64,000 nt of DNA from Octopus bimaculoides (GCF_001194135.2 NC_069004.1:14191589-14255588), one strand, 5' to 3'; positions 1 to 13,465 are shown, counted from the stretch's first letter. The notes: a model not told the origin generated them from the letters alone. Translations and numbers: made by a program.

Positions 1-342
1 ACAGAAATATCAACGTTGGTCATTTACAGAAGCTGAAATTATTGAGAATATATCAGGTGAACTTATGAAATAAACCAGGAACCAAACTAATCTATAGAAA
101 CGAATTCATTTGGTCAACCATATGAAGAAGTAAAGAAAAGAAATAATAATAATAATCCTTACTGCTAAAGGCTCAAGGCCTTAAACTTTTGGAGAGGGGA
201 TAAATCGATTATATTGATCCCAGTGTGTAACTGGTACGTATTTCATTGACCCCACCCCCCAAAAAAAAGAATGAAAGACAGACAAAATACTGCTAAGCAT
301 TTCACTTGGCGTGCTAACGTTTCTGCCAGCTCGCTGCCTTCT

Positions 343-343
343 C

Positions 344-394
<51 letters not shown>

Positions 395-397
395 AAT
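343..397. repeat. (AAT)n microsatellite, representative of many
   Basis: Other AAT/ATT tracts at about 5443-5480, 6496-6566, 7249-7277, 9078-9115, 29020-29080, 32962-33090 and 47773-47803. CA/TG tracts at about 1195, 8174, 15348, 16912, 27240, 31093, 38882, 43325 and 51462. Confidence 0.95.
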
Positions 398-1192
398 GAG
401 CTGGAAAGGATGGCAAAATAGATCTGCTAAAAAATGAAATTGCATGAATGTGGGTAATGAAGAGAGTAATTGTCATCCCAATAGTTGTAGGGGTAGGTTT
501 AAGAAATATGCTGGAGAAATTGGAATTGACGTGAGGGTAGAACATGCTAAAAAAAAACTCCTCTATTGGGGATAGTGAGGATTTTGAGATTGGTACATGG
601 GTGTTAAGTGTAGTGGACTATGACTTTCATCCACTTTTCCCAGCATGCATGGGTCAGATGGAATTTATTGAGGCAGAATATTTTTCATGTCCAGATGTCA
701 TTTCAGGTGTCAACTCTCAGCTGTTTTCAAGCAAGGTAATAATTCCCCATTACTGGACATGTTTTCAGAGAATATTGGAAATGAACAACACTGCTTGTAT
801 CATGGTGACACCTATTTAACAACTACCACATGACATCCAGACAGACACATATTCACACACAATAACACACATGATGAGATTCTTGCATTTCTGTGGTCTG
901 AGTTCATATTTCACCAAGGTTAACTTTGCCTTTCATCCTTTTAGGGTCAATAAGACAGGTACCAGTTAAACATTGGGGTTGATATAATCAACTTACTCCC
1001 TCTGTTGAAATTCCTGGTCTTCTGCCAAAATGTGGAACCATTATTCCAATCTTTATTACATATTTTGTTATATTCTACATGAAGATATTCAAGTATATCT
1101 ACCAAATTAACTTAAGGTACCATGCAGTGGGACTGAACATGAAACTGTGTGGTTGGAAAGTAAACTTCTTAACCACGCAACCATATCTGTGC

Positions 1193-1228
<36 letters not shown>

Positions 1229-1389
1229 TTCACTACTGTATATGAGTATGACCACCAAAAAAGCCTGTGCAATGTTTGTTCTGTTCAAGTTGTACAGATA
1301 ATTCCTTGTCACTGTAATTGATATAAACACAATTAATCAGTGAGTACGTTGTTAGAAATCAGTAACAACTGACACTATTATATGCAAAT

Positions 1390-1660
1390 AGATAAATAAA
1401 TAATATAGAGGAAGAGGAGAAATTTCTGAAGCATTTGCAGGGCATCTGAGACAGGTGAGACTGTTGTAGGTCAGTATGTGCAGGGGAAGAATTCCAGGTG
1501 GTTGCAGTTCTGGAGAGTAAAGATTTTGTGAAGTGTTTAAAGGGTGATGGACTGATGAAATAGAGGCTAATTAGTTAAAAATTCTGATGATTTTGTAGTA
1601 ATAAAAGAGGAAGAAAGAAGGGCACATCTGAAGAAGTTAATTCAACCATAACAGTCACAG
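1390..1660 (-). mobile_element. Degenerate 3' end of an L2/Crack/Jockey-type LINE (post-RT tail)
   Basis: Minus-strand translation includes HFTKSLLSRTATTWNSSPA, similar to the SFxPRTxxLWNxLP motif at the C-terminus of these LINE ORF2s. Confidence 0.5.
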
Positions 1661-2264
1661 ATATACTTGAATATCTTAATGCAGAATATAACAAAGTTAT
1701 GTAATAAGGATTGAAATAATGGTTTCACATTTTGGCAGAAGATCAGGAATTTTGGTGGAGAGGGCAAGTTGATTACATCAACCCAGTGTTCAACAGATAC
1801 CTATCTTATCAACCTTGAAAGGATGAAAGACAAGTCGACCTTGGTGGAATATGAACTCAGAACATAGAGACAGACAAAATGCCGTTAAGCATTTTGCCTA
1901 GTGTGTTAACAATTCTGCCAAGTCACCTGAAATATTAGTCTCCAATTTAGTTTCAAATTTTGGCACGAGACTAGCAATTTCAGGGGTGGGTCAAGTTGAT
2001 TACATTGACCCCAGTGCTCAATAGGTACTTATTTTATTGACCCAAAAAGGATGAAAGGCGAAGTTGGTCTCAGTGGGATTCGAAGTTAGAATGTAGAGAC
2101 GGATGAAATGCCACTGAGCATTTTGCCCAGCATGCTAACGATATTGCCAGCTTGTCTGCAGTATTAGCACTTTCTACTCAATAAAGCCATCATCACTGAT
2201 GTTTTCTCTTTATAAGAAATTCCCAAACAAGATAAAGGACTATGGAGAAGGAGAAATTAAGACG

Positions 2265-2440
2265 AAAGGAATGAATTTACTTTAGACTGGTCATAAGAAG
2301 GAGGAAAACATCGAGATGGAAGAGAGTTCCAAAACATCGAGGAGGAAAACAACTTCAGGTCATAAGGAGGAGGAAGACATCGAGATGGAAGTGAGTTCCA
2401 AAGTCTGGCAGTTCAAGGAAAAAAAGCTACAACCATAAAA
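2265..2440 (-). mobile_element. L2/Crack-type LINE 3' end with an internal ~45-bp duplication
   Basis: Minus-strand translation SFFP*TARLWNSLPSRCLPPPYDLK. The block gtcataag(a/g)aggagga..acatcgagatggaag.gagttccaaa occurs twice (about 2290 and about 2359). Confidence 0.65.
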
Positions 2441-3559
2441 CACTTCCTTATTCATGTATATGTGTTTGTGTATACTGCTGAATATCTCCTAAACTGAGAG
2501 AACCAAGATTTGTTGTTAAATTAAAATCAAATGACAACGGCAAACAATTTCTGAATTGCAAACTGTTAAAAACACAAATGAAATCAACACTGCAATGTAA
2601 CCATATCCTAGTACATAACAACGCCATATGACATAAAGAAAGAAGGAAAAAAAAAAGAATGTTTCTAGAACATTTAAAATGTCTGTGGAAAATTATTTTC
2701 TAAAATGATTAAAGAGTTTATATATCCACAAAAAACAATAAATGAATAAATAAATGATGGTGAAGTCTAAATCATAAAAGTGTTTGATTACGGCATCTGT
2801 TAGACAGCAACTCATCATTTATTATAAATTATCTTGAGAAGCATTAACTCAAACATATTCTTCAATTTAATCAGCAGTGTATTGATTTTGAACAGATTTC
2901 CTTTCTAGAAGATTGCCAATAAACTTGAACATGATATCTACAGCAATAACAATAACAACAAAACCTCACACTAGTTATTTTTCTTTTTAACCAATGATAA
3001 TCTTTTTTTAATGCTTTTTGAATGGTTTTTTTTTTAAATTTAAATTTACTTAACCAGATATTGACAAAGTCTTTATTTTAAAAAGAACATGGAAAATATA
3101 ATAATGGTTTTAAATTTTGGCACAAAGCCAGTGATTTCGGGGGAAGAGGGGTACGTCAATTACATCGACCACAGTGCTCAATTGAAACTTATTTTATTGA
3201 CCTGGAGAGGAGGAAAGGCAAAGTTGACCTTGATAGAATTTGAACTCAGATTGTAAAGATGGATGAAATGCTGGTAAGCATTTAGTCTGGTGTGTTAATT
3301 ATTCTGCCAGCTCACCAAAAATATAATAATAATGGTTTCAGATTTTAGCAACAGGTCCAGCAATTTTAGGAGTGAGGGCAAGTCAATTACATCAACTAAT
3401 ACTTATTTTTACTGATTCCTAAAAGATGAAAGACAAAGTCAACCTTGACAGAATTTGAACTCAGAATGTAAAGAGCTAGAAGAAATGTTGTTTAGCATTT
3501 TATCCAACATGCTAATGATTCGGCCAGCTTGCCACCATAATCATAATAATAATCCTTTC

Positions 3560-4500
3560 TACCATGTCTAATAAGTGGCCCTTGATAGCACTGCCATCTC
3601 AAAATTAACTGTAATAGTCCCTGATCTGAAAGTCCTCCAGAACAGACTAACCAGTTTGTTTTTGCTGACAGCGTTTCCTTGAGGACATTAACACTCTTCT
3701 CTGCCACTAATCCTCTATAGATTGATGCAGTGGAATATACACAAATTCCATTGTTTGACTGGTGGGTGGTGGGTAGCGAGTGCCTCACAACATTCTAGAT
3801 GCTGTGCATCATATTTTGATCTTTGCTTCACCCAGGACTGCAGATATCAAAAGATATGTCTCATGAATGCTGCCCACATCCTTCCACCATCTAGGAATCC
3901 CTGCAAGTGACACAGCCCCAGCACATCTGTGTATCAGCAGCCAGTGCATGCCCAACCTGCCTTGTAGAAGGTGTTGGTAGCAGATGGACCACCTAACTAG
4001 TAGAACACAGTCCTTCCACAAGAAATTGAGTTTCTTGGAAACATGTACTGGGATACATATAATCATAGGTATGTCTGACACTTTCAGCCTGTGTTTTGGC
4101 TGAATTTTTCAGTTTTAAAAGTATAGCAAATAATGCTATAGTTTTTTATCATTTTCCAATTTAAATAATTTCTTCCAATATATTCTAGAGGGCTTGTTGT
4201 ACCACATGACATGAGAAATTTCATTAGCAGAGACATATAATTTTGCTTTTCACCATCTTCTGGATTATCTCTTGTTACGAAGAAATGTTGTTCAGTCTTA
4301 CAAAATTCTCCCATTTCTAGTAACAGTGATAGAGCCAACATTCCAGTTTGTCCATTTAGCATTCAGGGAAGGTTTGCCTTTACACAGCTGCAGAATAAAG
4401 AAACCACAATACTTGGTATGGTGTAAGAATCCAGGCTACAGAGATGAAATATTTCAAGAAACTTTTGAGAATATCATACAGAGATTGTGTCACAAATGAA
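3560..4500 (-). mobile_element. Highly decayed Gypsy-like LTR-retrotransposon pol fragment (RNase H end to integrase)
   Basis: Frameshifted minus-strand peptides: NGQTGMLALSLLLEMGEF resembles the RNase H C-terminal GRLARWSLLLQEYDF. NNGICVYSTASIYRGLVAEKSVNVLKETL resembles the integrase GIxHxxSSPxxPQSNGxAERxVxTLK. No LTRs seen. Confidence 0.4.
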
Positions 4501-5442
4501 CAAATGAGGAAGTGAAAAGAAAAATAAGGCAACCCCTATGAGAAACTTCTTACACAGTAAAGAAATGCAAGCTCAGGTGGTTTGAGCATATCACCCGCTC
4601 AACAGGGATGGCCAAAACAATCCTTCAGGGAACAATCAAAGGTGGTAAACACAGAGGAAGACAGAGAAAGAGGTGGGAAAACAACATCTGTGAGTGCACA
4701 GACTTAAAGATGAGAGACACAATGTGAGAGGTAGAAGACGGAGATGGGTGGAGGGATCTGGTTGCAAAGTCATCGGTGTTGTCCCAATGGTCAGCCAGAC
4801 TACATGATATGTAATGTAATGTAAGAATTACCACTATTGTTGTTCCTACTGTTATCTTCCAGAGTAATTATTTGAGTATTTGGGACATTTTCTTCACAAT
4901 TTACTATGTTCATTTTCTTCTTTCTCTCATCCATTTAGTCATGTGTTTTAATTCCGTGCTGCTTTTAGCCATTGTGGTGTTTAGTCATGAGACATAATTA
5001 TGGGTGGTAGCCATTTTTAGATGTGAAAATATAACGTGTGCAAATAAAATTTGAAAAGTTTGTGAAACAAACGTTTTTTTTCCTGTTGTCTGCCCTCAGG
5101 TATTAAAAACAGTCCCTCCTAAGGAAATTATAGTTCTTTTTACAAGAACTACAAAGAAAATTTCATATGGCAGTGTTTGAATAAATGTAGTTACAAAGGG
5201 AGAAGCAAAAACAATTTTTCCATACTACAAAAGTAATAATAATAATAGTAATAATAATAATTCTTTCTATTAAAGGCACAAGGCCTGAAATGTGGGGAGA
5301 GAAAGTAAATCGATTACATCAAACCCTTGTGCTTATTTTATTGACTCTGAAAGGATGGAAGAAAAGCTACTAAGCATTTTGTACAATATGCCAATGATTC
5401 GACCAGCTCACTGCTTTGATAATATTTTTTATTTACATAATT

Positions 5443-5480
<38 letters not shown>

Positions 5481-5707
5481 CCTTTCTACTAAAAGTACAA
5501 GGCCTGAAATTTTTGTGGGAAGGGGACCAATCAATTACATCAACCCCAGTGTTTCATCGGTATTTATTTTATTGACCCAGAAAGGATGAAAGGCAAAGTT
5601 GACCTTAGTGGAGTTTGAACTCAGAACATAAAGATAGACAAAATGCTGTTAAACGTTTTGCCAGGTGTGCTAACGATTCTGCTAGCTTGTCAAATAATAA
5701 TAATGCT

Positions 5708-6260
5708 GCTATGATAAAGTCTGTTTGTACCGTCATTAGCTTTTATGTTGCAAATACCAATATGAAATAAGAAAGAATTGGTATGAGCATATGTCTAGTA
5801 TGATGCCAGAGGATGAGAAAGTAACAATATTCTGAGATTATGATTTTCTGAGAGAGTAATTGAGCATCACTGACTGCTCGTGGACATACTAAACATGACA
5901 AATATGGTCAGGTCATTGACATAACCATACCAAATTACTTGAATATTTTGAGTAAAGAGGTTGAAAGAATCACCATGTACTCCAAACTGGGAGTGGAGAT
6001 GGCAAAACTGCTTGGAATGTGAAAGGGCGATGTAAAAGTGATACCAGTTGCAATCAGGGCATTAGGATCAATCCCATTAAAACTTCAAGGCTTCTTAAAG
6101 TTGTTGGGAATATCATGCAAGATTGAGTCATAAAAAAAAATATCAACCTTGCTAGGAACTGTGCACATTTTAAGAAAAATATCTGTCTGAGGCTCTTATT
6201 GTGACTTGACAGATGATTAAAAAGGCCAGTGCATTTTCCATCTAGACTGTGTAACAAAGT
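5708..6260 (+). mobile_element. 5'-truncated R4/Dong-like (REL endonuclease) non-LTR retrotransposon, 3' fragment
   Basis: Degenerate translation HDKVCLY..WYEH..DEKVTIF*DYD..VIEHH..VIDITIPN..VIPVAIRALGSIPLKLQGFLKLLGISCKIES*KKISTLLGTVHILRKISV*. This is the typical C-terminus of REL-endonuclease LINEs. It is flanked by (AAT)n on both sides. Confidence 0.85.
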
Positions 6261-6492
6261 AATAATAGTAATAATCCTTTCTACTAAAGGCACAAAGCCT
6301 AAAATTTTGGGAGAGGGGACTAGTCGATTACATCGACCCCAGGGTTTCCATGGTACTTAATTTATTGACCCCGAAACGATGAAAGGCAAAGTTGACCTTG
6401 GTGGAATTTGAACTCAGAATATAGTGATGGATGAAATGCCACTAAGGATTTCCCTCTGGTGCGCTAACAATTCTGCCAGCTCACTGCTTTAC

Positions 6493-6523
<31 letters not shown>

Positions 6524-6971
6524 TGATAATAATGATAATAATAATAATAATAATGATAATAATAATGAATTCAAATTTTGGCACAAAACCAGCAGTTTTG
6601 GGGAGGAGGTAAGTTGATTACATAAACTCCAGTGCTTGACCGATACCTATTTTATCAACCTCAAAAAGATGAAAGCAAAGATGACTGATGGTATTTGAAC
6701 TCAGAATGTGATGATTCTGCCAGCTTGCTGTCTTAATAAAATCAATAATAATCCTTTCTACTATTGGCTCAAAAGCTGAAAATTTGGGGGGAGGAGCTAG
6801 TCAATTTCATCAACCCTAGTGCTCGACTGGTACTTAGTTTACCGACTCCAAAATGATGAAAGGTAAAGTCAACCATGGCAAAATTTGTACTCAGAACATA
6901 AAAATGGATGAAATGCTACTAAGCATTTTGCCTGGCATATTAACATATCTGCCATCTCACCACCTCAGTGA

Positions 6972-7247
6972 TAAGGAAACCCCAAAATGGCTGAAGTTCA
7001 AAAGATAGTGCTCATGGGAACTGCCCATATCCTACGTAAAATACTGTCTATGTGATCTCAAATTTTAAAGCAAACACATAATTTTCTTATGGTTTCTTAA
7101 ACATTCACTTGAACAAAACTGTACAAATCCAAATATATGGTACCCTATGCATAACACCTACATGAACTTCTAACTTGTTGTCTCTTGAGGTCTCTGGGTG
7201 AGACTTGGATCCAACTTGTACAAATGCAAAACAAAAGTCAAACATAA

Positions 7248-7277
<30 letters not shown>
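6972..7277 (+). mobile_element. Second R4/Dong-like LINE 3' end with a distinct 3' UTR and (TAA)n tail
   Basis: GNPKMAEVQKIVLMGTAHILRKILSM* at 6975-7055, then about 190-bp UTR, then (AAT)n at 7249-7277. Confidence 0.8.
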
Positions 7278-7278
<1 letters not shown>

Positions 7279-8173
7279 TTATATGGTTTATAATTTAGGC
7301 ATAAAGCAAGTAATTTTAAGGGGAAGAGATTAGTCAATGCCATCTGTCCCAGGTACTTTATCTTACCAATGCTGAAAAGTAAAGCTGAAGATATTGATTC
7401 CTAGATATCAATTTCCTAATTAAATCATACATTAATAAATCATTAATACATGATATCTCTGATTCTACCACCATTAGACTCAGAGATCAAATGAAGGGAA
7501 AATAAGTATCACACTTAAAAGAAAATAAGTACTGGGATTGAACAATCTTACATTAATCTGATGGATTACTTTATACTTTTGTAAAGTACAAATTTATTAT
7601 TCTTAAACAAAATGTTATTGATAGTAACTTTGAAGTTTTTGGCCATCAGACTGCTCGACGATGCCTTGGCTGGCTGAAACTTTGAAATTACTGTCAATAA
7701 TATTCTTGCTTAAGAATAATAAATATACTTAGTATTATTTGGGTACACATCGTATACCCAGAGCATTCAGAAAAATCCAAAAGCTATTAATTGTATTTCA
7801 CATTTCACCTGATGAAGCACCTATACAAGGCTATTAACGAAAAATATTCAACTATATAGTAATTATAAAGAATGATTTTCTATAATGGAATATGATTATA
7901 AATTCAGCAACTTAAAGATGGTGTGTGGTGCAGAAACAAATGTTGTGATCTACTATTAAAGCCTGGTATCCTTTGTCCTCACGTTACATGGTCATATTAT
8001 TCTCATATATATATATGTTGTTTTTGTATACATTTCAGATAATTAGTACTATTTCGTTATGTATCTGATGTTGTATGGTAGCTGGAATGGGTAACGACTT
8101 GCAAAACAAGAGGATGTGGAAATGCATGAATATCAATAATCCTCTTTTGTTTTGCTATAAATATCAGAGAACT

Positions 8174-8216
<43 letters not shown>

Positions 8217-9077
8217 AAAGAATTCTTAATATTCTGAATATATTATCAATAAAATTCTCACACAGTTGTTGGTTATTGAATAAAGAGACGAAAGTGACCT
8301 TGGAATTTCAAGTGAAGGACACTGTTGAGAAGTTGAGAGATCTGATATTGAAGATAACAGAATATTATCATAAATATAAATATAATTACAATGACATATA
8401 CATTCAACAGTAGAAATTCTTCTCTTGAGAAAAGATGCTACTGCAAGTATAATTCCTCATTGTTATAACTAATGAATAAGGCAAGGAAATATATTTGAAT
8501 ATCAGAATTTTCCAATGCAAATGCTTTTTGTTTTCTCTTCTAGACATACAGCAAAATCATTCTAAATTTAGCATGTTAGTAATAAACATTATTATTATTA
8601 TTATTATTTAAACGTTGAATCTGTAATTTAATAATGCATATTACATGTTCATTCCAGAATTTTATGTCCTGAAGTCAGGATGAAAAAAAAAAAAAAATTC
8701 AACAAAAAACAATGAAGGCACCCTAATACTGAATATAAATAAAGTTTGTGGCTAACAGAGAATATTTTAATTCCAGTAGTAAGCAGATTTTAGTAGATGT
8801 AAAATAATCTTCCAATATCAAAAGTGTTTTTTTATCCCTTGACCTAGTGAAACAGATGTGCTGAGGCATCAGTTCTGACATGATCATTAGCTATTGATCT
8901 CTCTTTCCCTCTCACACACATATTGCAATGGTTGGATACAGCTACTACTGCTACTAATATAGGCAGCTATTGAAAAACAACTGCAGAAATGAGAATGACA
9001 AAAACAAAAAAATCACTCAATGCAGTGATTACAATTTCTTCTTTCTGTCTTTTTTGGGGAAGGGTTGGAGAGTTGGA

Positions 9078-9113
<36 letters not shown>

Positions 9114-9443
9114 TACTGAGAGTTTGAATAGTTAATTTCTAAATGTCCAAAAGATACATGAAGCTAAACTGGAAAAAAAAAAAATGAGAAGCAAGATTAA
9201 ACCAGGAGAAAAATGGAAGACAACATAAGAAAAAAAAAAAAAAAAAANNNNNNNNNNNNNNNNNNNNNNNNNNNNNNNNNNNNNNNNNNNNNNNNNNNNN
9301 NNNNNNNNNNNNNNNNNNNNNNNNNNNNNNNNNNNNNNNNNNNNNNNNNNNNNNNNNNNNNNNNNNNNNNNNNNNNNNNNNNNNNNNNNNNNNNNNNNNN
9401 NNNNNNNNNNNNNNNNNNNNNNNNNNNNNNNNNNNNNNNNNNN

Positions 9444-9477
<34 letters not shown>

Positions 9478-9760
9478 CTTTGTTTAGTGGAAACAAATAT
9501 AGAGGTGTTGCTATTTAATTGGAGAAAAAGCAATGCTTATTTTACTGAACTACAACATTTTATTTCTAGAATTCTTTTACTAGTTTCAGTCTGTGGCCAT
9601 GCTGGGGCATTATCATCAAAAGTTTAGTTAATTCCACTACCCCCACCCAGCACTTTTTTCAGCTTGGTATGTATTTTGTTGACCCCCATTTACTGGACCA
9701 CCAAACTATGGGAGCATAATCAGACAACATAAACAATACCAGTGTTTAGACTGGTATAGA

Positions 9761-9810
<50 letters not shown>

Positions 9811-10651
9811 GAGGTTTCCACACAGTTTCAGTCTTCCAAATTCCAGTCATAGGGTATTAGTAATTTCAAGGTTATAACAAAGACATTTGTCTAGCGTGCT
9901 ACAGAGTGGAATTGAACACAAAATGTCCATGTTTGCAAATTGAACTTCTTAACCAAACAGCCAGCTATGCACAGTGTTTGGTTTACTGGCAAAATATAAA
10001 ACTAAGCAGGATAAAATAACATTACAAGTAAATGCTGAAAATTTCCCAAATCAAATTAGCTTTCACTCAATATATATCTTTCATGTCGTATTAAAGATAT
10101 GAAACATTTTTATATTTACCCAATCTGATTTGCTTTAATAATTTGACAGAGCAAAATTAATATTATCCCCGCAACCAAAATAACATTATCACAGCAGCTA
10201 TTCCTTTCCTTCTCTACATAGACAAAATAGATTTTGGTATAGCTGTAAAGTTGTAAATATCGATAAAATTTTCCATCCAAGATTAAATCTAATTAGCATA
10301 GGAATGAGACTCCTTGTTTGATAAGATAATTAAGACTATCATTAAGAGGAGGAAAACAGCAATTATATACATTAGTGTTGGAAACTAATAAGGTCAGGAC
10401 TGTTGGAAACAGCAGGCACATTGGCACTGCTTAAGATGATTGTGCATTCCATTTGTTAAAAGGGAACATAGTTCTTGCTACCATTAGCATCTCTTTACAT
10501 TCTGTATTTCTGCATCATTAATTATGATATAAATATTTGATGATGTAATCTAGTTCACTCAAATTTAGATATTTCTAAATCATCATGGCAAATATCACTG
10601 CTGCTGGTCTCCAGTGTCAGGTAGGTCCTAATCCAGCAGATCCACAATTAA

Positions 10652-10866
10652 CTCTTTAACATTTAAACCAGCCATATCTGGTCAAAGATCTTCTATCCGT
10701 TTTATGTTCGAATTAACCAGGTCCTGCCTCTTACACATATCTTACAATGTTGCTCTAAAAATGAAACAATCACATCATCAAAGCTACAAGATAATGCATG
10801 ATTAATTTAAAACGATGTGAATAAACAAGCGTTACATTTGACAGAAAAATCAAAATGTTAAAAAGG
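10652..10866 (+). mobile_element. TTAA-flanked ~215-bp MITE, piggyBac-type ends (family M1)
   Basis: TTAA|ctctttaacatt ... aatgttaaaaagg|TTAA. The body is shared with copies at about 18.6, 46.9, 47.4, 51.8 and 58.5 kb. Confidence 0.75.
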
Positions 10867-10964
10867 TTAAACAATATTACACTAAGCTAAGTAAAAGCAT
10901 GGTTATCCTTGCATACAGGTTTGTCCCCTGCATTCCTCTCCAGCTGAGCATTCTTAATCTTTAT

Positions 10965-11185
10965 GGCCTGTGAGTGCTGGTGCCACATAAAAAGTAGCCA
11001 TGCCAGAGCTGTGTAAAAGCACCCAGTACACTCTGTAAAGTGGTTGGCATTAGGAAGGGCATCCAGCTGTAGAAACCAAGCCTAAACAGACATGGAACCT
11101 GGTGTGGCCCCTGGCCTTGCCAGCTCCTGTCAAACCGTTCAACCCATGCCAGCATGGAAAAGAGATGTTAAATGAAGATGATGTG
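10965..11185 (+). mobile_element. SINE/LINE-tail family C (…aggaagggcatccagctgtagaaacc…aacccatgccagcatggaaa…(GAT)n)
   Basis: The same block recurs at about 14050-14190(-), 27990-28170(+), 29720-29930(-), 32125-32280(-), 35590-35800(+), 38740-38850(+), 40245-40420(-), 40685-40830(-), 44390-44620(-), 52860-53142(+) and 57900-58125(+). Confidence 0.8.
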
Positions 11186-13465
11186 TAATTCTTCTGTCAA
11201 GACAGTTGTGTTTTGTTGGGGGTTTTTTTTTGGCGGGGGGTGGGGTGGGTGTTCCTAGCAGATTAAACACTCTTGTAGAAACTTTCTCATTGGAGCAGCT
11301 AGTGCAACAACAGGACTTTGTCTTTCATCCTTTTGGAATTGATGAAAAAAAAAGACCAGTTGAACATTAGGGTTGATGTAATTGACTTACCCCAACTCCC
11401 ATGAAATTACTGGACTTGTTCCAAAATCTGAAACCATTACTACATGATTATGGATAATCCAGCAAAACAGTTAATGAATTAAGATTTTAGAACTGAGGCC
11501 ACTAGAAAATTAGTTGTGTACTTGTACTCTGGTATACGAGTGGCATCACCAATAAGCGAATAAAAAAAATAAGAGGATATTTTTGAAATGGATAATGAAG
11601 TGCTATCAATCAACCCCTGTGAATTTAATAAAGGGTCCAATCTGAAATTCCGAGGATATTACTGAATACAACAAGCACCTGAAGAAGTCTGCAGAAAAGA
11701 AGATTAGAAAAACACTGTGACCGTTACAATCAAGCTGAGGACACTAGTCTGGATATATTGTGTATAACTTCTTAGCATGTAGGATTCTCAGTTAAAATGT
11801 GGTTTATCATCAAGTATGATAGCAAATAATACAGTTACTCACTACTTTATTTTTAACAATGTTATTTTAGGTGCAGGCATAGATGTGTGGTAAGAAATTT
11901 GCTTCCTGGTCACAGAGTTTGAGGTTCAATCCTACTGTATGGCACTTTGGGCAAATATCTTCTACTATAGCCTGTGGGTGGATTTGGTAGATGGAAAGTG
12001 AAAGAAGCTCGTTGAGTGTATATGTGTGTGTGTGTATGACAAACACAGACATATATACACTCATGTGGATCAGCAAAAAAAACTGAGACTTGCCCAAAGT
12101 GCCACAGTAGGACTGAACCTGGAACCACGTGGCTGGGAATCAAACTTCTTACCACACAGAAATGCTTGCACTTATATACATGATTAATTCAACACAATAA
12201 ATAAACAAACATTCCATTCAACAGAATAATTCTGAATGGTAAGTAGTTAAAGAAGAGCACCTGCTTAAGACTGTCAGAACTCAGTTTCACTGCAACTACA
12301 GGTAATGGACTTATTTTATAAACTTTACAAATTGCTAACTGAACTACTGAAGAAAATGAAGATATCAATCAATAGAGAAATATAGACTACAATCAACGAG
12401 ATTATAGGAGATAAAATTAAACGTGACAGTTGGTGAGTAGCTAGGTGGAGGAAGTGAAGGGACGGTTTCAAGTCTTAAGAACAGAAAAAATAGGTTAAAT
12501 GTTTTTTGATTTGTTACCTTTTCTATTGTTTTTTTAGTTTTTTAACTACTATTAACAAAGGTTAAGAGGCTAACTGAATAATTATCTCTAACAACAGATC
12601 ATGGTGGAGTTGATTTATCTTGAACAATGGAATTGCTATTATCTTCATATATGGGAGGGAAAGAAAAAAACAAGAAACTCCAATTGTTGTACATGCAATT
12701 GCTAATTAATGAGAAAGTAGTTAAAACTCAGCAAATTTGAAACTGGAATATTTCAACAATGTCACTGAAACTTTACTAATTATTCTGAGAGATAAAATTG
12801 AAGTTTTCTCCACCATGGGCATGACTACAAATGCTAACATGGCTGTATAGTAAGAAGTTTGCTTTCCATCTGCATAATTTGGGGGTTTAATCCCACTGCA
12901 AGGCACCTTGGAGAAGTGCCTTCTACTATAACTCCAGGTTGACCAAAGTCTTGTGAGTGGATTTGGTAGATGGAAACTGAAAGAAGCCCATTGGCTATAT
13001 ATGTATATGTGTGTGTGTGTATGTGCCCTTGCGTTTGTCCCCCACTATCACTTGACAACTGGTGGAGGTTTGCTTACATCTTCATATATTAGTGGTTCAG
13101 CAAAAGAGACTGATAAAATAGCTACCAGATTTAAAGATAAATGCTGGGGGAAATTTTTCAACTAAACTCTTCAAGGAGGGGCCCCCAGCATGGCCACAGA
13201 CCAATGAATGAAACAAAGAAAAGATAAGATATATATTCATGTACCCCCTACATTGATTCGCACCCACCACCACCACCACCACACATATCAAACTTTTATC
13301 AATAAGTGGTAAATCTATTAACAAAGTCAACATAGGTGGTTTATGAATTCACTCATTCAATCTCCTGCCTTGAAGCTAGTGAGGGAGCCTCTACATAATC
13401 ATCTGACTTGAAGAAGAAATAGCAACCAGATTTCCCTCAAAGCACATTGGACAATGTAGTAATCA

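Larger units (their letters stand above)
165..7380 (-). mobile_element. Cluster of about 10-11 copies of tRNA-derived SINE family A (head GGCGGTGAGCTGGCAGAATCGTTAG), mostly minus strand
   Basis: Recurrent reverse-complement blocks such as ...gatgaaaggcaaagttgacct...gaatttgaactcagaa...ctgccagct at about 165-340, 1722-1930, 1948-2160, 3105-3318, 3330-3537, 5262-5412, 5478-5692, 6272-6487, 6568-6732, 6750-6966 and 7280-7380. One plus-strand partial copy lies at about 880-1045. Copies are separated by (AAT)n. Confidence 0.85.

Noticed and set aside
2-73. Plus-strand open frame QKYQRWSFTEAEIIENISGELMK* at the window edge
   Set aside because: No recognisable homology, weak donor (gtgaac), and no compatible partner exon found.
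7655-7720. ctcgacgatgcc-ttggct-ggctgaaac...gtc, a hammerhead-like word order
   Set aside because: The core is mutated and neither stem I nor stem III can be formed.
8266-8413. Plus-strand frame CWLLNKETKVTLEFQVKDTVEKLRDLILKIT..., vaguely ubiquitin-like, after a cacag acceptor
   Set aside because: The resemblance is superficial, there is no donor before the stop, and it lacks the ubiquitin core motifs.
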